Below, piece after piece: positions 9,749-19,531 of a stretch of 64,000 nt of DNA (position 1 is the first letter of the stretch; every line of letters starts with the position of its first letter). The translations under genes and the position numbers were made by a program. The stretch lies in the IMG/VR virus record IMGVR_UViG_3300000439_000009, positions 1 through 64,000 of that record, one strand, 5' to 3'. This DNA comes from a virus. Taxonomy: Duplodnaviria; Caudoviricetes. The notes under the pieces are model-generated. The model saw only the letters and a program-made list of their open reading frames with translations, did no database searches and was not told the origin of the DNA.

Positions 9749-11680
9749 TTAAGCGTTTATATCTACTATTTCACATTCTCCAGAAACACAAGCTAAAGCC
9801 TGTGATCCAGTTGTAGAGTCTTCTAGCTCATACAGGGATAAGCCCTGCCATTGAATAGTTTTTGGCATCTTCTCCAAAAGATTATTATATCCATCTTCAT
9901 CAATTTCTTGATACGGAGCCTGAACATATGTGTGTTCTGAATAAGGTAGGAATGAAATTCCAGATACCTCATCAAAATGCTTATATACCCATGCTCCAAC
10001 TTCCATCCACTCATCTTCTTTTACAGAAACTGTAATAGAAGGTTTATGCTCACACCAATGACGCTGATATACCAACCAAATTTCTAATTGTTGAATAGCA
10101 GTTAACTTATCTCTAGTAATTGCATTTGATGGTGCTTTTACTGGAAATGAAAATACAGAAGTATCATTAGGTTTCATAACGTCATCTTCAGTTGGAATAC
10201 CTGAATCTTTTAAGAACTGAGTAATAGGATCTTTTTTATCTCCACGAACTGTTCTAATGTAATAATCTGAATGCCATGGATGCATTCCTGAACTCACCCC
10301 GACCAATTGGGACACTGTGCCTGATGGCTTAACGCATGTTACTGCTGCTGAAGCGGGAATCCCAATTTTCTCTGCTTCTTCAATATTAATTTCAACTGCA
10401 TACTCACGAAGTCTATCAAGAACAGTTCCAAGTTTATCTAATCCATCTTGACCAGAGAAAAACTTATTGCCAAACTGACCAGTTAAAGAAACTCCAAGAA
10501 GTCTTTCTTCTTCAGTATTGTCTTTCCAAATTTTCCTAATATATTTAAAGTCTGTAAGTGTTGACTGCCATGTTCCAAGAATAGAAGCAAGTCTTACTTT
10601 TTCAGCAACTGTTTCTGGAGTATCTTCTTCACGCAAAACAACTTCTGAAAGATTACAGAACTGATAAGGGCGAAGAATAATTTCAGAACAAGGATTTGTG
10701 CCATAATGAATATCTGCACTTCTTCTTCCGTATTTAGCTGCTTGCTTCTGAGCTGCTGCTACATTGTAAATACCACGCTCTCCAGATTTTGAATCATAAA
10801 GAGATTTCCATTCTGCAATAAACTGCTGCATCTCTGGCTTACGTGAATATGCAACAGAATTGTTAGACAATGCACGTTGTGAGTTCTTCTCCCACCAATT
10901 ACCAGCTTTTGCTTGAGCCATTTCAATATCATTAATGTTTGAAAGAGAAATCATTGCTGAGCGACGTACGCCACCAACAACTACAACTTCACCAATCTTA
11001 CACATAATGTCATGAGCTTCAATTGGTTTTAATTGACGACCAAGTGCGCCTTTAAAAATCTGAATTGTAAAATCAAAAAGATTTACTAATGGTTGAGGAC
11101 CAGATGATCTTCCACCCATTGTCTTTAAACGTGCACCTGATGGACGAACTTTGCTAATATCAATCTGAGGTATCTGTCCTGCCCAAAGCAATCCAAGAAG
11201 TTCACGATATGCTTTTGCCCAACCTTCTTTTGAATCTCCAACAATAACTGTTGTTGATGACTTTTCAAGTGTTTCAGGAAGAGACGGGAGTTTATTAATG
11301 TACTTATATTCAACAGAGAATCCAACACCAGTACCACACATAAGAATGTACATTGCTTCATCAAATGATCTTGCATTGTCTACTGGAAGAAATGCGCAGT
11401 TATATCCAGAAACATTTTCTCTTTCTAATGCAGGACCTGCTGTCATAACAGAACGCATAGATGGCATAACATTACGATTAAAAACTGCTTTGCGTAAATC
11501 CTCTAAATCTTTATCATTAGGAACATAACCATGTTTTTCACGCAATTGAATAACCATAAAGTTAAAATAACGATCAACAGTCTCCTGCCAAGTTTCTCTA
11601 CGATTTTCTTTTTCTAACCATCTTGCATAACGAGATAGTGCAATAAAATTTTCATACGGATTTTCAATTGTTCCAGACAT
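9749..11680 (-). CDS. nrdJ: Class II (adenosylcobalamin-dependent) ribonucleotide reductase
   Basis: YNCAF, LMCGTGVGFS, VVVGGVRRSA, GTNPCSEI, TCVKPSGTVSQL motifs and C-terminal ACVSGECE. Confidence 0.95.
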   Translation of the reverse strand: MSGTIENPYENFIALSRYARWLEKENRRETWQETVDRYFNFMVIQLREKHGYVPNDKDLEDLRKAVFNRNVMPSMRSVMTAGPALERENVSGYNCAFLPVDNARSFDEAMYILMCGTGVGFSVEYKYINKLPSLPETLEKSSTTVIVGDSKEGWAKAYRELLGLLWAGQIPQIDISKVRPSGARLKTMGGRSSGPQPLVNLFDFTIQIFKGALGRQLKPIEAHDIMCKIGEVVVVGGVRRSAMISLSNINDIEMAQAKAGNWWEKNSQRALSNNSVAYSRKPEMQQFIAEWKSLYDSKSGERGIYNVAAAQKQAAKYGRRSADIHYGTNPCSEIILRPYQFCNLSEVVLREEDTPETVAEKVRLASILGTWQSTLTDFKYIRKIWKDNTEEERLLGVSLTGQFGNKFFSGQDGLDKLGTVLDRLREYAVEINIEEAEKIGIPASAAVTCVKPSGTVSQLVGVSSGMHPWHSDYYIRTVRGDKKDPITQFLKDSGIPTEDDVMKPNDTSVFSFPVKAPSNAITRDKLTAIQQLEIWLVYQRHWCEHKPSITVSVKEDEWMEVGAWVYKHFDEVSGISFLPYSEHTYVQAPYQEIDEDGYNNLLEKMPKTIQWQGLSLYELEDSTTGSQALACVSGECEIVDINA

Positions 11681-11728
11681 TTTTTGGTTCCTCTTTTTTT
11701 CTTTAGAATTTAATAGAACCTAATTCTA

Positions 11729-12772
11729 TCACGAATTCTTTTTTAATTCTGAAAAGTTAAAATATTCTTTTTCTAACAACATATTTGCATAAATCATACG
11801 CAATCTTGCTACTGCAGGTTTTGTTACTTCTAACCAATCATACTCTCTATGGATATCAAAAGCATTTTTAAATACTTGTGGTAAAACATTTTTGTAATTT
11901 TTTATACTGTTTAACATTTGTTTCTTAAGATGTTCTTTTTCTGGTTTCATCATCATTCCTTGATGAATGTCGGGCCATGGACTATTATGCCATCTAGAAT
12001 TTAATGGAAAAGTAATATATTTTGCATAGTCTGCCCAACCATCAGTTGATATTGAGGGCATTCCAGATGCTTCTGCTTGTAAAGGTTGAAAACCAAATCC
12101 TTCTCCCCAGCTTGGATATACAAAAACATCACAAAGCCCATATAATTCAACCATTTGCTCTGGGGATAAGGCTCCATTTATTTCAACAATGTTATCGTGA
12201 ACTGTTGTTGGGTTTACCAACCAACCTTGACCAACTTTAATTTTTGTTGTATTCATTTTTGTGCATTTTAAAACTAATCTGTAATCAGGATTATTTTCAA
12301 AAAGATCTAAAAAACAATCAACTACTAGTTGAGCATCTTTTCTTGAATATGGCTCTCCTATATGTAAAAATGTAAATGGTTTATGTGCTTCTTTTCTTAA
12401 TTGTGGAACCCACATTTCGTTAATGCCATGTTTGTAAGTAAATATTTTTTTATTTGGAAATATTTCACGGTAAACATTTGCAACCCAATCTGATGTTGCC
12501 CAAATTTCATCTGCTAATTCCATTTTTGCTTTAAAAGTTGGACTTACATCTGTGCTTTCCCAAGCAGTGTAACATATTTTATAACTAAGCGGGTCATTAA
12601 AATTATAATTTCTTGGATCAGCAAAACAAATTTCAATATCAGCCTGTTTAGCTTCTATTTCTACATCTAATTTTAACTTTTTAAATGAATTATATATATT
12701 CCAAGAAGCTTCTCCGTACCCCACACCTCTATCCATATTTCTAAAAGCGGGTCCAGTTAATGATATTTTCAA
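11729..12772 (-). CDS. Glycosyltransferase family 4 (GT-B)
   Basis: YTAWEST, RKD, DVFVYPSWGEGFGFQPLQA motifs. Confidence 0.9.
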   Translation of the reverse strand: MKISLTGPAFRNMDRGVGYGEASWNIYNSFKKLKLDVEIEAKQADIEICFADPRNYNFNDPLSYKICYTAWESTDVSPTFKAKMELADEIWATSDWVANVYREIFPNKKIFTYKHGINEMWVPQLRKEAHKPFTFLHIGEPYSRKDAQLVVDCFLDLFENNPDYRLVLKCTKMNTTKIKVGQGWLVNPTTVHDNIVEINGALSPEQMVELYGLCDVFVYPSWGEGFGFQPLQAEASGMPSISTDGWADYAKYITFPLNSRWHNSPWPDIHQGMMMKPEKEHLKKQMLNSIKNYKNVLPQVFKNAFDIHREYDWLEVTKPAVARLRMIYANMLLEKEYFNFSELKKNS

Positions 12773-12846
12773 AATTGCTCCTTGTTTTTCTTATTATATC
12801 ATGATACACTATATATTACCTGTCAGTAAAACGAGGAGGTAAGGGA

Positions 12847-13488
12847 ATGAATTTAAAAAATAAGTTCCATCTAACACTAGTTGTATTGATAACTTTAGGA
12901 AGTACGTTGTGGGGAATACCTCATACTGTATTTTCTACAGATACAGCGCAGGCACTTGACTTTAAAAATCAAGCTGTCTATAATAAAAATATATCTAATA
13001 TATATAATAATATAAATATAAAATATATATCTATAAAATTATATAATATAAATATATATAATAATAATAAAAGAATAAAAATGAAATTGAGTAACTCACT
13101 CAACTTCAAAGAAAAAGTTGAAATCTTAATGTATTCCATTAAGCAAGTAGAATCACATGGCAGGTACAAAGCTAAATCAAAGTGGTCAGATGCTTGTGGA
13201 GCATATCAGTATATGCCAATAACTTGGAATAACTATAAAGGTTTCAAAACAGCTTGTCTAGCTCCCGAATGGGCGCAGGACTCTCGCATGAGAGGCGAGA
13301 TACAATATCTCTGGACTAAGTACCATGATTGGGAAAAAGTCATCGCAAGCCATTACTTGCCAGGATATGCTGCTAATAAGGCTAAGTGGAATACTCGTTA
13401 TTACCGCAACCAGCCTACTATTAGAGAATATGTTAGTAATGTAGAAACAACTATGAGCAATGTAGTGCAAAGCTTAGCGACTACATAA
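12847..13488 (+). CDS. Membrane-anchored lytic transglycosylase-like protein with low-complexity N/I/Y/K linker
   Basis: N-terminal hydrophobic segment; IKQVES...ACGAYQYMPITW...AQD lysozyme-fold motif. Confidence 0.75.
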   Translation: MNLKNKFHLTLVVLITLGSTLWGIPHTVFSTDTAQALDFKNQAVYNKNISNIYNNINIKYISIKLYNINIYNNNKRIKMKLSNSLNFKEKVEILMYSIKQVESHGRYKAKSKWSDACGAYQYMPITWNNYKGFKTACLAPEWAQDSRMRGEIQYLWTKYHDWEKVIASHYLPGYAANKAKWNTRYYRNQPTIREYVSNVETTMSNVVQSLATT

Positions 13489-13494
13489 TTTAAA

Positions 13495-13519
13495 ATGGGG
13501 GGATTAAAAATCCCCCCAT
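13495..13519. terminator. Hairpin terminator
   Basis: atggggggatt-aa-aaatccccccat inverted repeat just after the stop codon. Confidence 0.65.
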
Positions 13520-13538
13520 CACTATTAGAAAGTTTATT

Positions 13539-13745
13539 ATGAGATTAGAAGTATTTCAAAAATATCAAAATGAATCTGATAACCCATTTATGTGTTCAAA
13601 TCCAGATCATGAAATGAACTTAGTCCCTTTTATAAATAATGATTTACAAATTGAATTAAAATGTTTTTTTCCAGAATGTAGTTTTAATTTAAAACCTGGT
13701 TTAACGACGTACCAAAAAATTTTAGATAAGCAATCTCATGACTAG
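13539..13745 (+). CDS. Hypothetical Zn-ribbon protein
   Basis: CSNPDH...CFFPEC. Confidence 0.55.
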   Translation: MRLEVFQKYQNESDNPFMCSNPDHEMNLVPFINNDLQIELKCFFPECSFNLKPGLTTYQKILDKQSHD

Positions 13746-14196
13746 ACAATGTGGCGAATGCACTAAATGCTGTGAAGGGTATTTGCATGGAGAATCTGAT
13801 CTCATTATGCGAGATGGTAAAACATTTAAACTTGGTGGTAAGCCTTGTCCAGTATTGCAGATAGGCAAGGGATGTGGGGAGTATGAAAATCGGCCTCAGA
13901 ACCCCTGTGCAGGCTTTGAATGCGAATGGTTGAGACAACCCGACGTATACCCCGAAGAAATGCGTCCTGACCGCATTGGAGCCATTTTTTCATTGCAGGA
14001 TGTCGAAGGTGTGCAATACCTAAGAATCACAGAAGCGGGACAAAGATTAGATGCCGAAGTTTTATCCCATGCAATTAAAATAACATTAATAAATAGATAT
14101 AACCTTTACTGGGAAATAGAAGGCAAAATGCATTGGTTTGGTAATAAAGACTTTGTTACAATTATGAACAAGCATAAGGTGGAAAATCTCAAATGA
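13738..14196 (+). CDS. YkgJ-like cysteine-cluster (CxxCxxCC) protein
   Basis: CGECTKCC...CP...CGEYENRP..C..FEC. Confidence 0.75.
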   Translation: MTRQCGECTKCCEGYLHGESDLIMRDGKTFKLGGKPCPVLQIGKGCGEYENRPQNPCAGFECEWLRQPDVYPEEMRPDRIGAIFSLQDVEGVQYLRITEAGQRLDAEVLSHAIKITLINRYNLYWEIEGKMHWFGNKDFVTIMNKHKVENLK

Positions 14197-14381
14197 GCGA
14201 CGAACAGATACAAGCATTTCAAGAAATGATCGCAGGCATTTATATTCAGCAGTTAAGAATATATGATTTGCTAGCTATGATGATAAGTCTACAAAATCCA
14301 GATAAAATGGATGAATTAGAAAAATTACATGCGGAAGGTAAAGTTCTGGGTCCAGATCCAGCTTTGAAATTTGAAGATTGA
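14193..14381 (+). CDS. Hypothetical protein
   Basis: Overlapping start/stop coupling with neighbours. Confidence 0.6.
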   Translation: MSDEQIQAFQEMIAGIYIQQLRIYDLLAMMISLQNPDKMDELEKLHAEGKVLGPDPALKFED

Positions 14382-14409
14382 TATAATAGGGCTATATGGA
14401 ATCGCACCT

Positions 14410-14688
14410 ATGACTCCGCAAGAAATTCGGAAACGAATAGATAAAATTAAAATGACCGCAGGTTGCGAGATTTGCGGATATAACTCTCATCCAGCAGCGT
14501 TATCATTTGATCATTTTAATCCAGAGAACAAGTACAAAACCAAATCGGGTAAAAAAGTACATGTCGCAGACATGGTAAAAGGCGGGAGATACGCATGGAA
14601 AACAATCGCAGAGGAAATAAGCAAATGCAGAGTGTTATGCATGAATTGTCACATGGAAGTAACGCACCCAAGAAAAGACTTGGCATAG
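14410..14688 (+). CDS. HNH-type endonuclease
   Basis: GCEICG...ALSFDH...EISKCRVLCMNCH. Confidence 0.8.
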   Translation: MTPQEIRKRIDKIKMTAGCEICGYNSHPAALSFDHFNPENKYKTKSGKKVHVADMVKGGRYAWKTIAEEISKCRVLCMNCHMEVTHPRKDLA

Positions 14689-14962
14689 CACCACTTCTTT
14701 TAATAATTCCTATCTTTTCATTCCTTCCACTAAAAACAGCAGAGATGATATGTGGCATTACTTTTTTAATTTATTATTTATTTAACTATAAGGTCGAAAA
14801 CAATGAGCCGAAAACTGAAAACAAGAATAATATATTGTTAAATTTTGATATGCCAAAGCGAGATATAGCAAGAAGAGATCAAATTTTAGTTAACTTAAAA
14901 AATCGTAAGCATCTATATCCAGAAGAGATAGTAAATTCAATTATAGTGGGCAGAAGATTATA

Positions 14963-15514
14963 ATGTCTGAATTCTGGGAAAGCTTAGAAGATCATGATGA
15001 AGCCCTAGATGCAATCCTTACAGGATATAAGGGCGATGCGATCAATATGCCTGTCTATGGCGAGGTTATAGATAATTTACGACATGCGGGATCTATATTA
15101 GATTTCGGATGCGGGGCGGGGCGTAATTTAAAGTACCTCATTGATCAATATGAAGTCGTATATGGCTATGATTATCCTAATATGCTTAAGTTTATACCAG
15201 ATGAGATAAAGAGAGCTAATAAGCTCTTATTGTTGGATAATATAGATAGCGTCCTTATAAGGAATTATGATGAAGTATTATGTTCATTGGTATTGCAGCA
15301 TATACATCCTGATGAGCTGCATGAAATATTGAGAGAGCTGTCGCTACACTCCCGCCGATTTATTATTCATTCAAGAACATGGATAGATTTTACATTTGAA
15401 GATATTTTACCTATCTTGGAAAAATACTTTATTGTTGATACAATAGAATATCAGATAGATCCTAATTCTGATCGAGATGATCATTTTATAGGAGTATTTT
15501 TACCAAGGAGTTAA
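14963..15514 (+). CDS. Class I SAM-dependent methyltransferase
   Basis: ILDFGCGAGRN, VYGYD, LVLQHI. Confidence 0.85.
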   Translation: MSEFWESLEDHDEALDAILTGYKGDAINMPVYGEVIDNLRHAGSILDFGCGAGRNLKYLIDQYEVVYGYDYPNMLKFIPDEIKRANKLLLLDNIDSVLIRNYDEVLCSLVLQHIHPDELHEILRELSLHSRRFIIHSRTWIDFTFEDILPILEKYFIVDTIEYQIDPNSDRDDHFIGVFLPRS

Positions 15515-15515
15515 T

Positions 15516-15674
15516 ATGTCACCTAGACACTTTTCAAAACAAATGATGTCCCCGCATTTTCATTCACATCATATAGAAGTACCTAGAAAAGATCTAGAGA
15601 TTGAAGCTAAAATTGAAGGCTTCTTTAAACGTATTATATGTACTTTAACTTTTCACAAGTTCTTTAACACTTGA
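15516..15674 (+). CDS. Small hypothetical protein (52 aa)
   Basis: AAGGAG RBS; MSPRHFSKQMMSPHFH... Confidence 0.55.
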   Translation: MSPRHFSKQMMSPHFHSHHIEVPRKDLEIEAKIEGFFKRIICTLTFHKFFNT

Positions 15675-15913
15675 TTCTTTAATCTTTTGAACACAAGGTA
15701 AACAGTATCTTACGGTATCCCCGTCTTTAATCATCAAAAATTTAGCTACATTAGCACAATACTTAGTGGTGCATGTATTCATTCTGAATTATGCTCCGTT
15801 AGGTGTTTTAGGCATACAGATATTTCAATGCCATCTACCCAGTCAGTATAAGATCCTATACGATAGCAGTAATTGCACTTATATGTATCAACAATGTTTT
15901 TTACAATACCCAT
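15645..15913 (-). CDS. Two coupled small Cys-rich ORFs (15779..15913 and 15645..15782)
   Basis: ATGA overlap, Cys pairs, extended -10 TGATATAAT upstream at ~15938-15946. Confidence 0.45.
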
Positions 15914-16150
15914 TTTTATCCCGCCTTTTTAGATCCTAATTATATCATATGTCGTTTTTGTACCCCCTACGTCGTATTTCAAATTCAGAAAATGTTAATA
16001 TTTTTTTTATTTGTATGATCCACGTTTCAAAGCAAAAAGCAATTAGACATAGTGTGCCCATTTGTCTAATCAATTCGGACATTTCGGACACAAATGACTA
16101 GTCAAAGAAAAAATAAATTTCGATTTGTCCTGATATGTCCGTTTTGCGAC

Positions 16151-16179
16151 TTGATTTTTTGGGATTTTTCTGCCATACT
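16151..16179 (+). promoter_or_regulatory. SigA-type promoter opening the early region
   Basis: TTGATT-17-CATACT with TG extension. Confidence 0.55.
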
Positions 16180-16228
16180 TAAGGTATTAGAAAGTTAAGA
16201 AAGGTTCTTAACAAGAAAGGATCAGAAA

Positions 16229-16369
16229 ATGATCACTGTAGAATATGTAGAGTATCTAGATTGCCCTACCTGTAAGGTTCCTGTCCTAGTAGATCAGGAA
16301 TACACTTCACCCGCCCGAATTCTGATAGAATGTCGGAATTGTCTAGATGTGAGCGGAATCACACTCTAG
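16229..16369 (+). CDS. Small Zn-finger protein (46 aa)
   Basis: GAAAGGA RBS; CPTC...CRNC. Confidence 0.55.
   Translation: MITVEYVEYLDCPTCKVPVLVDQEYTSPARILIECRNCLDVSGITL
16348..16363. promoter_or_regulatory. CRP/GlxR box 1
   Basis: TGTGA-GCGGAA-TCACA; promoter TTGATT-17-TAGTAT at 16385-16413. Confidence 0.75.
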
Positions 16370-16529
16370 ATACGGCGTGTCGAGTTGATTTTCCCGACTT
16401 AGTGTGATAGTATTCCACTATACAAATTAAATATAGAAAAATCCTAGTGAGCCTCTAGCAATAGAGCAAATAATCTAGGCAAGGAAAATAGTTAGCACAA
16501 GGCTAACGAATTAAAGAAAGGTTCATAAT

Positions 16530-17401
16530 ATGAACACTATAAATAAGAGTAACAGCCTCCATACTGTTCCCGCCAATTCTACTACCTGCTTATTCTGTAA
16601 AGAATCAGTAGTATTTAGTAAAGGTCTGCGTGCTTGGCAGACTACTAACGGACAAGGTAATGTCCGTTGTTACTTCACTGTGGAGGTAAATAACTAATGA
16701 TTATTCTAACCTATATTGTCCGTACTGTTATGGCACTAGCGTTTGTGCCAATGTGTTACCTAGTGTATGCTATGTATCAAGATTTAAAAACTATTGGAAA
16801 GGATAACTAAATGACTATGACTTACTCATTTGAAAAAAAGTTTGACCCTTGGGCTATCGAGCCCGATGTATTTGATCTGCTTATGGCAGAAGAAGCCGAG
16901 GCAGAAAATGCCAAGGTTAATAATGAAATCTCTATTGAAGATATAGAGGATAGTGAAGTAGAGTTTGATGAGGAATTCGATCTCTAATGCTACACTTCAT
17001 AACTAAAGCACACTACTATGCCCCGCACTTAGTACACGCCCCGCATCATATTGCTTGGCTAAAATCCTCAATTAAACTAACCCACCACTACACACGATAG
17101 GAATTAAATAAATGATGAGCCGTAAAGACTACATAAATGTAGCCGATATTCTAAACGAAAACAAAAATCGAATTGACTCAGAAGTTTTTCACGATCTAGT
17201 AATTGACTTCTCGGATTTCTTTTTTGCAGATAATCCCAACTTCTCGCCAAATCGTTTTGAATTGGCTTGCTATGGAAATGATGAGGGAGGGGATGTAAAG
17301 TAATGGAAGACATTCTCGGATTCTCAAATGCAATCGAGCTGGATCACTTAAATGATGAACAGTTAAAAATCGTTGAAGATATTTTCAAAGATTTTAAATA
17401 A
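16530..17401 (+). CDS. Run of six small early genes (16530..16697, 16697..16810, 16811..16987, 16987..17100, 17112..17303, 17303..17401)
   Basis: Mostly TAATG-coupled ORFs, several with RBSs; 16811..16987 is strongly acidic; 16697..16810 is hydrophobic. Confidence 0.6.
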
Positions 17402-17503
17402 ATAAAAAATGCTCTGAAGTAGGTATAAAATACTTACTTCAGGGCAGGGGCGCGGCCCGATTTGTACCCTTTGTTACGATATGTCCGAATTTCTCCCGAG
17501 TTT

Positions 17504-17519
17504 TGTGAATTTAATCACA
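17504..17519. promoter_or_regulatory. CRP/GlxR box 2
   Basis: TGTGA-ATTTAA-TCACA; promoter TTGATA-17-GATAAT at 17561-17589. Confidence 0.75.
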
Positions 17520-17622
17520 TAGTCTGAGCGTCTCACTATTTAAGATACTCCCGAGTATACTTGATAGTAGCGATATTTTGTGAGATAATACTATTATTAG
17601 AAAATAAAGAAAGGTGGTCAAA

Positions 17623-17817
17623 ATGACTACACTAAATAAAGTAAATATCGGAAAAACCCTTGGAATTTCCGCTAAATTAGAAAATCAAATCGTTCACGAA
17701 TTTAACAATGGTGGATGTACTTCTTCTTATGGCTTATCTACGCCTCAGCGTATAGCCTTATTAAAAATCCTATTGGGTGGAAATGCCCCTAAGTGTGAGT
17801 GTATTCTCTGCCTCTAA
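17623..17817 (+). CDS. Hypothetical early protein
   Basis: GAAAGGTGG RBS; C-terminal CECILC. Confidence 0.6.
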   Translation: MTTLNKVNIGKTLGISAKLENQIVHEFNNGGCTSSYGLSTPQRIALLKILLGGNAPKCECILCL

Positions 17818-17833
17818 AGCTTTCCCCGCCCAA

Positions 17834-17855
17834 TGTCAGTGGGCTATGCTATAAT
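17834..17855 (+). promoter_or_regulatory. PafBC-type (RecA-NDp) promoter 1
   Basis: TGTCAGTG-GGCTATGC-TATAAT. Confidence 0.8.
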
Positions 17856-17886
17856 AAATCCGTTAAACAAAAGAAAGGAAGTTAAA

Positions 17887-18442
17887 ATGACTTCACTAAA
17901 AATAAATTGCCAAGAGTGTGGCAAATCCTGCGGAGAGATTTCCGTATATGACGCTCCTTATACTGGGGCAACTACTTGCTGGGAATGCACTTTTAAAAAT
18001 TGCGATCTCTGCTATGGTCAAGGTATCACTGGCTGGGTTAGCCCTGATGGTGATTTTGATTTTGATTATTGCGAATGCAACCCACTTTGCCTAACACTAG
18101 AGGAGGTCAGATAATGACTAATAAAACTACTTTTGAAGTTGCTTGCTTATACTATGAAATTTGTGGTGCAAGCCAAACTTTTGACTCTGCTGAAGAGTAT
18201 GACATCTATGGCGATGACTATGTCTGCCCTGAATGCTATGACCAACAAGAAATGGGAATGTATGGGTGGGCAGACTCAAGCGATGCCTTTCCAATGTCTC
18301 TAGAATATGACGAAGGGTGATATATATGAATCTAGACGAATTTAAAACTTATGTCCAAAACAAGCGTGAGGAATCACGCCTTAAAGGAATGTCAGTGCTA
18401 TCTGCTACAATAACAACCTCAAACCCGAAAGAAGGAAAATAA
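17887..18442 (+). CDS. Three small early genes (17887..18114 Cys-rich, 18114..18320 Cys-rich acidic, 18326..18442)
   Basis: RBSs GAAAGGA and GGAGG; CxxC motifs. Confidence 0.65.
18390..18411 (+). promoter_or_regulatory. PafBC-type promoter 2
   Basis: TGTCAGTG-CTATCTGC-TACAAT. Confidence 0.8.
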
Positions 18443-18443
18443 T

Positions 18444-19265
18444 ATGAAAATGCACGAACTCGATACAACAAACTGGAATGCTTATCCTTTCACAGTTAAT
18501 GGAATTAATTATGTCTCCAAGGTAAAGCCTGATTCTACAATGGCTATGCGAATTTCTCGTGTGCCTGCTCAGATCTTTATTTCTATGAATGAAGATTGTG
18601 TCCGAGAGTTAATCGGTAATGTAACTTCTCCGTCTCTATTAGTTGCAAAACTCTATGAGGTAAATGAAAATGCTAGCGAAGCCGTTATCGAAATTGTCTG
18701 ATAAAGTCCGCCGTATACAGGAGTTAAGGCGTAGCAATTCTGCTACGCCCATCCGCAACAAGAAAAAATATACCCGTAAAACAAAATACAAAAAGGAATA
18801 CTAATATGTCAAATATCTCTACCGCCCTTGCTATCCAAGAAGCCTGCTCTAATGCTGTTTATGCATATGAGTCAATGGAAGTTGCTGCAGAAATTGCACA
18901 ACAAACTGATTTTAATCCTGCCGTCTTGCAATTGTTAATGAAGTACACTGCAATTTTAACTGCAGGCGTTGCAACTAATATGACACAGGTTCTGATGAGT
19001 GAATCTGATTTTAATCATATGATGTCAGAAATGCGTGAACTCGGAGCATTCGAAGGGATCGAAGATGAAAACTAAACTACAGGGCCAAAACATTTTTACA
19101 GAAATTATTTCTGATTATCTTGGCGTAACAATGGACGTTGCATTAATTGTACAAGATGAAATTGATGAAGGTGATTATTTAGATTGGTCCGAAGCATCCA
19201 TTGAAGAAATTGAATTTGCTGCAATGTTAGCTTTTGAAAATTTAAATGTAGATCATAAATTTTAG
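18444..19265 (+). CDS. Four small early genes (18444..18701, 18694..18804, 18806..19075, 19065..19265)
   Basis: Closely coupled ORFs, several with RBSs. Confidence 0.65.
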
Positions 19266-19408
19266 CTGCGACGGGTAGAGAGAATGCAATGGGTCCAGGG
19301 TGGGCCCATTGTTTAAATATGCAAAGCAATGCATAAAGATGCAGGGGCCGCGCCCCGTCAAGCCGACACGCCGTTACGAATGGTCAAAAAAAACTCTGAC
19401 CAGTCAAA

Positions 19409-19424
19409 TGTGATGTGATTCACA
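19409..19424. promoter_or_regulatory. CRP/GlxR box 3
   Basis: TGTGA-TGTGAT-TCACA. Confidence 0.75.
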
Positions 19425-19473
19425 CAACCTGAGCGTCTCATATGCTGGAATTACTGGCTAGTAGGTAGAAAAA

Positions 19474-19495
19474 TGTCGGTGGTGTCGTGTATAAT
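19474..19495 (+). promoter_or_regulatory. PafBC-type promoter 3
   Basis: TGTCGGTG-GTGTCGTG-TATAAT. Confidence 0.8.
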
Positions 19496-19531
19496 TCCAA
19501 CTATTAGAAACAAAGAAAGAAGGTAGCACTT

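Noticed and set aside
18364-18379. GCGTGA-GGAA-TCACGC as an eighth CRP box
   Set aside because: The spacer is 4 bp rather than 6; it is a single intragenic instance.
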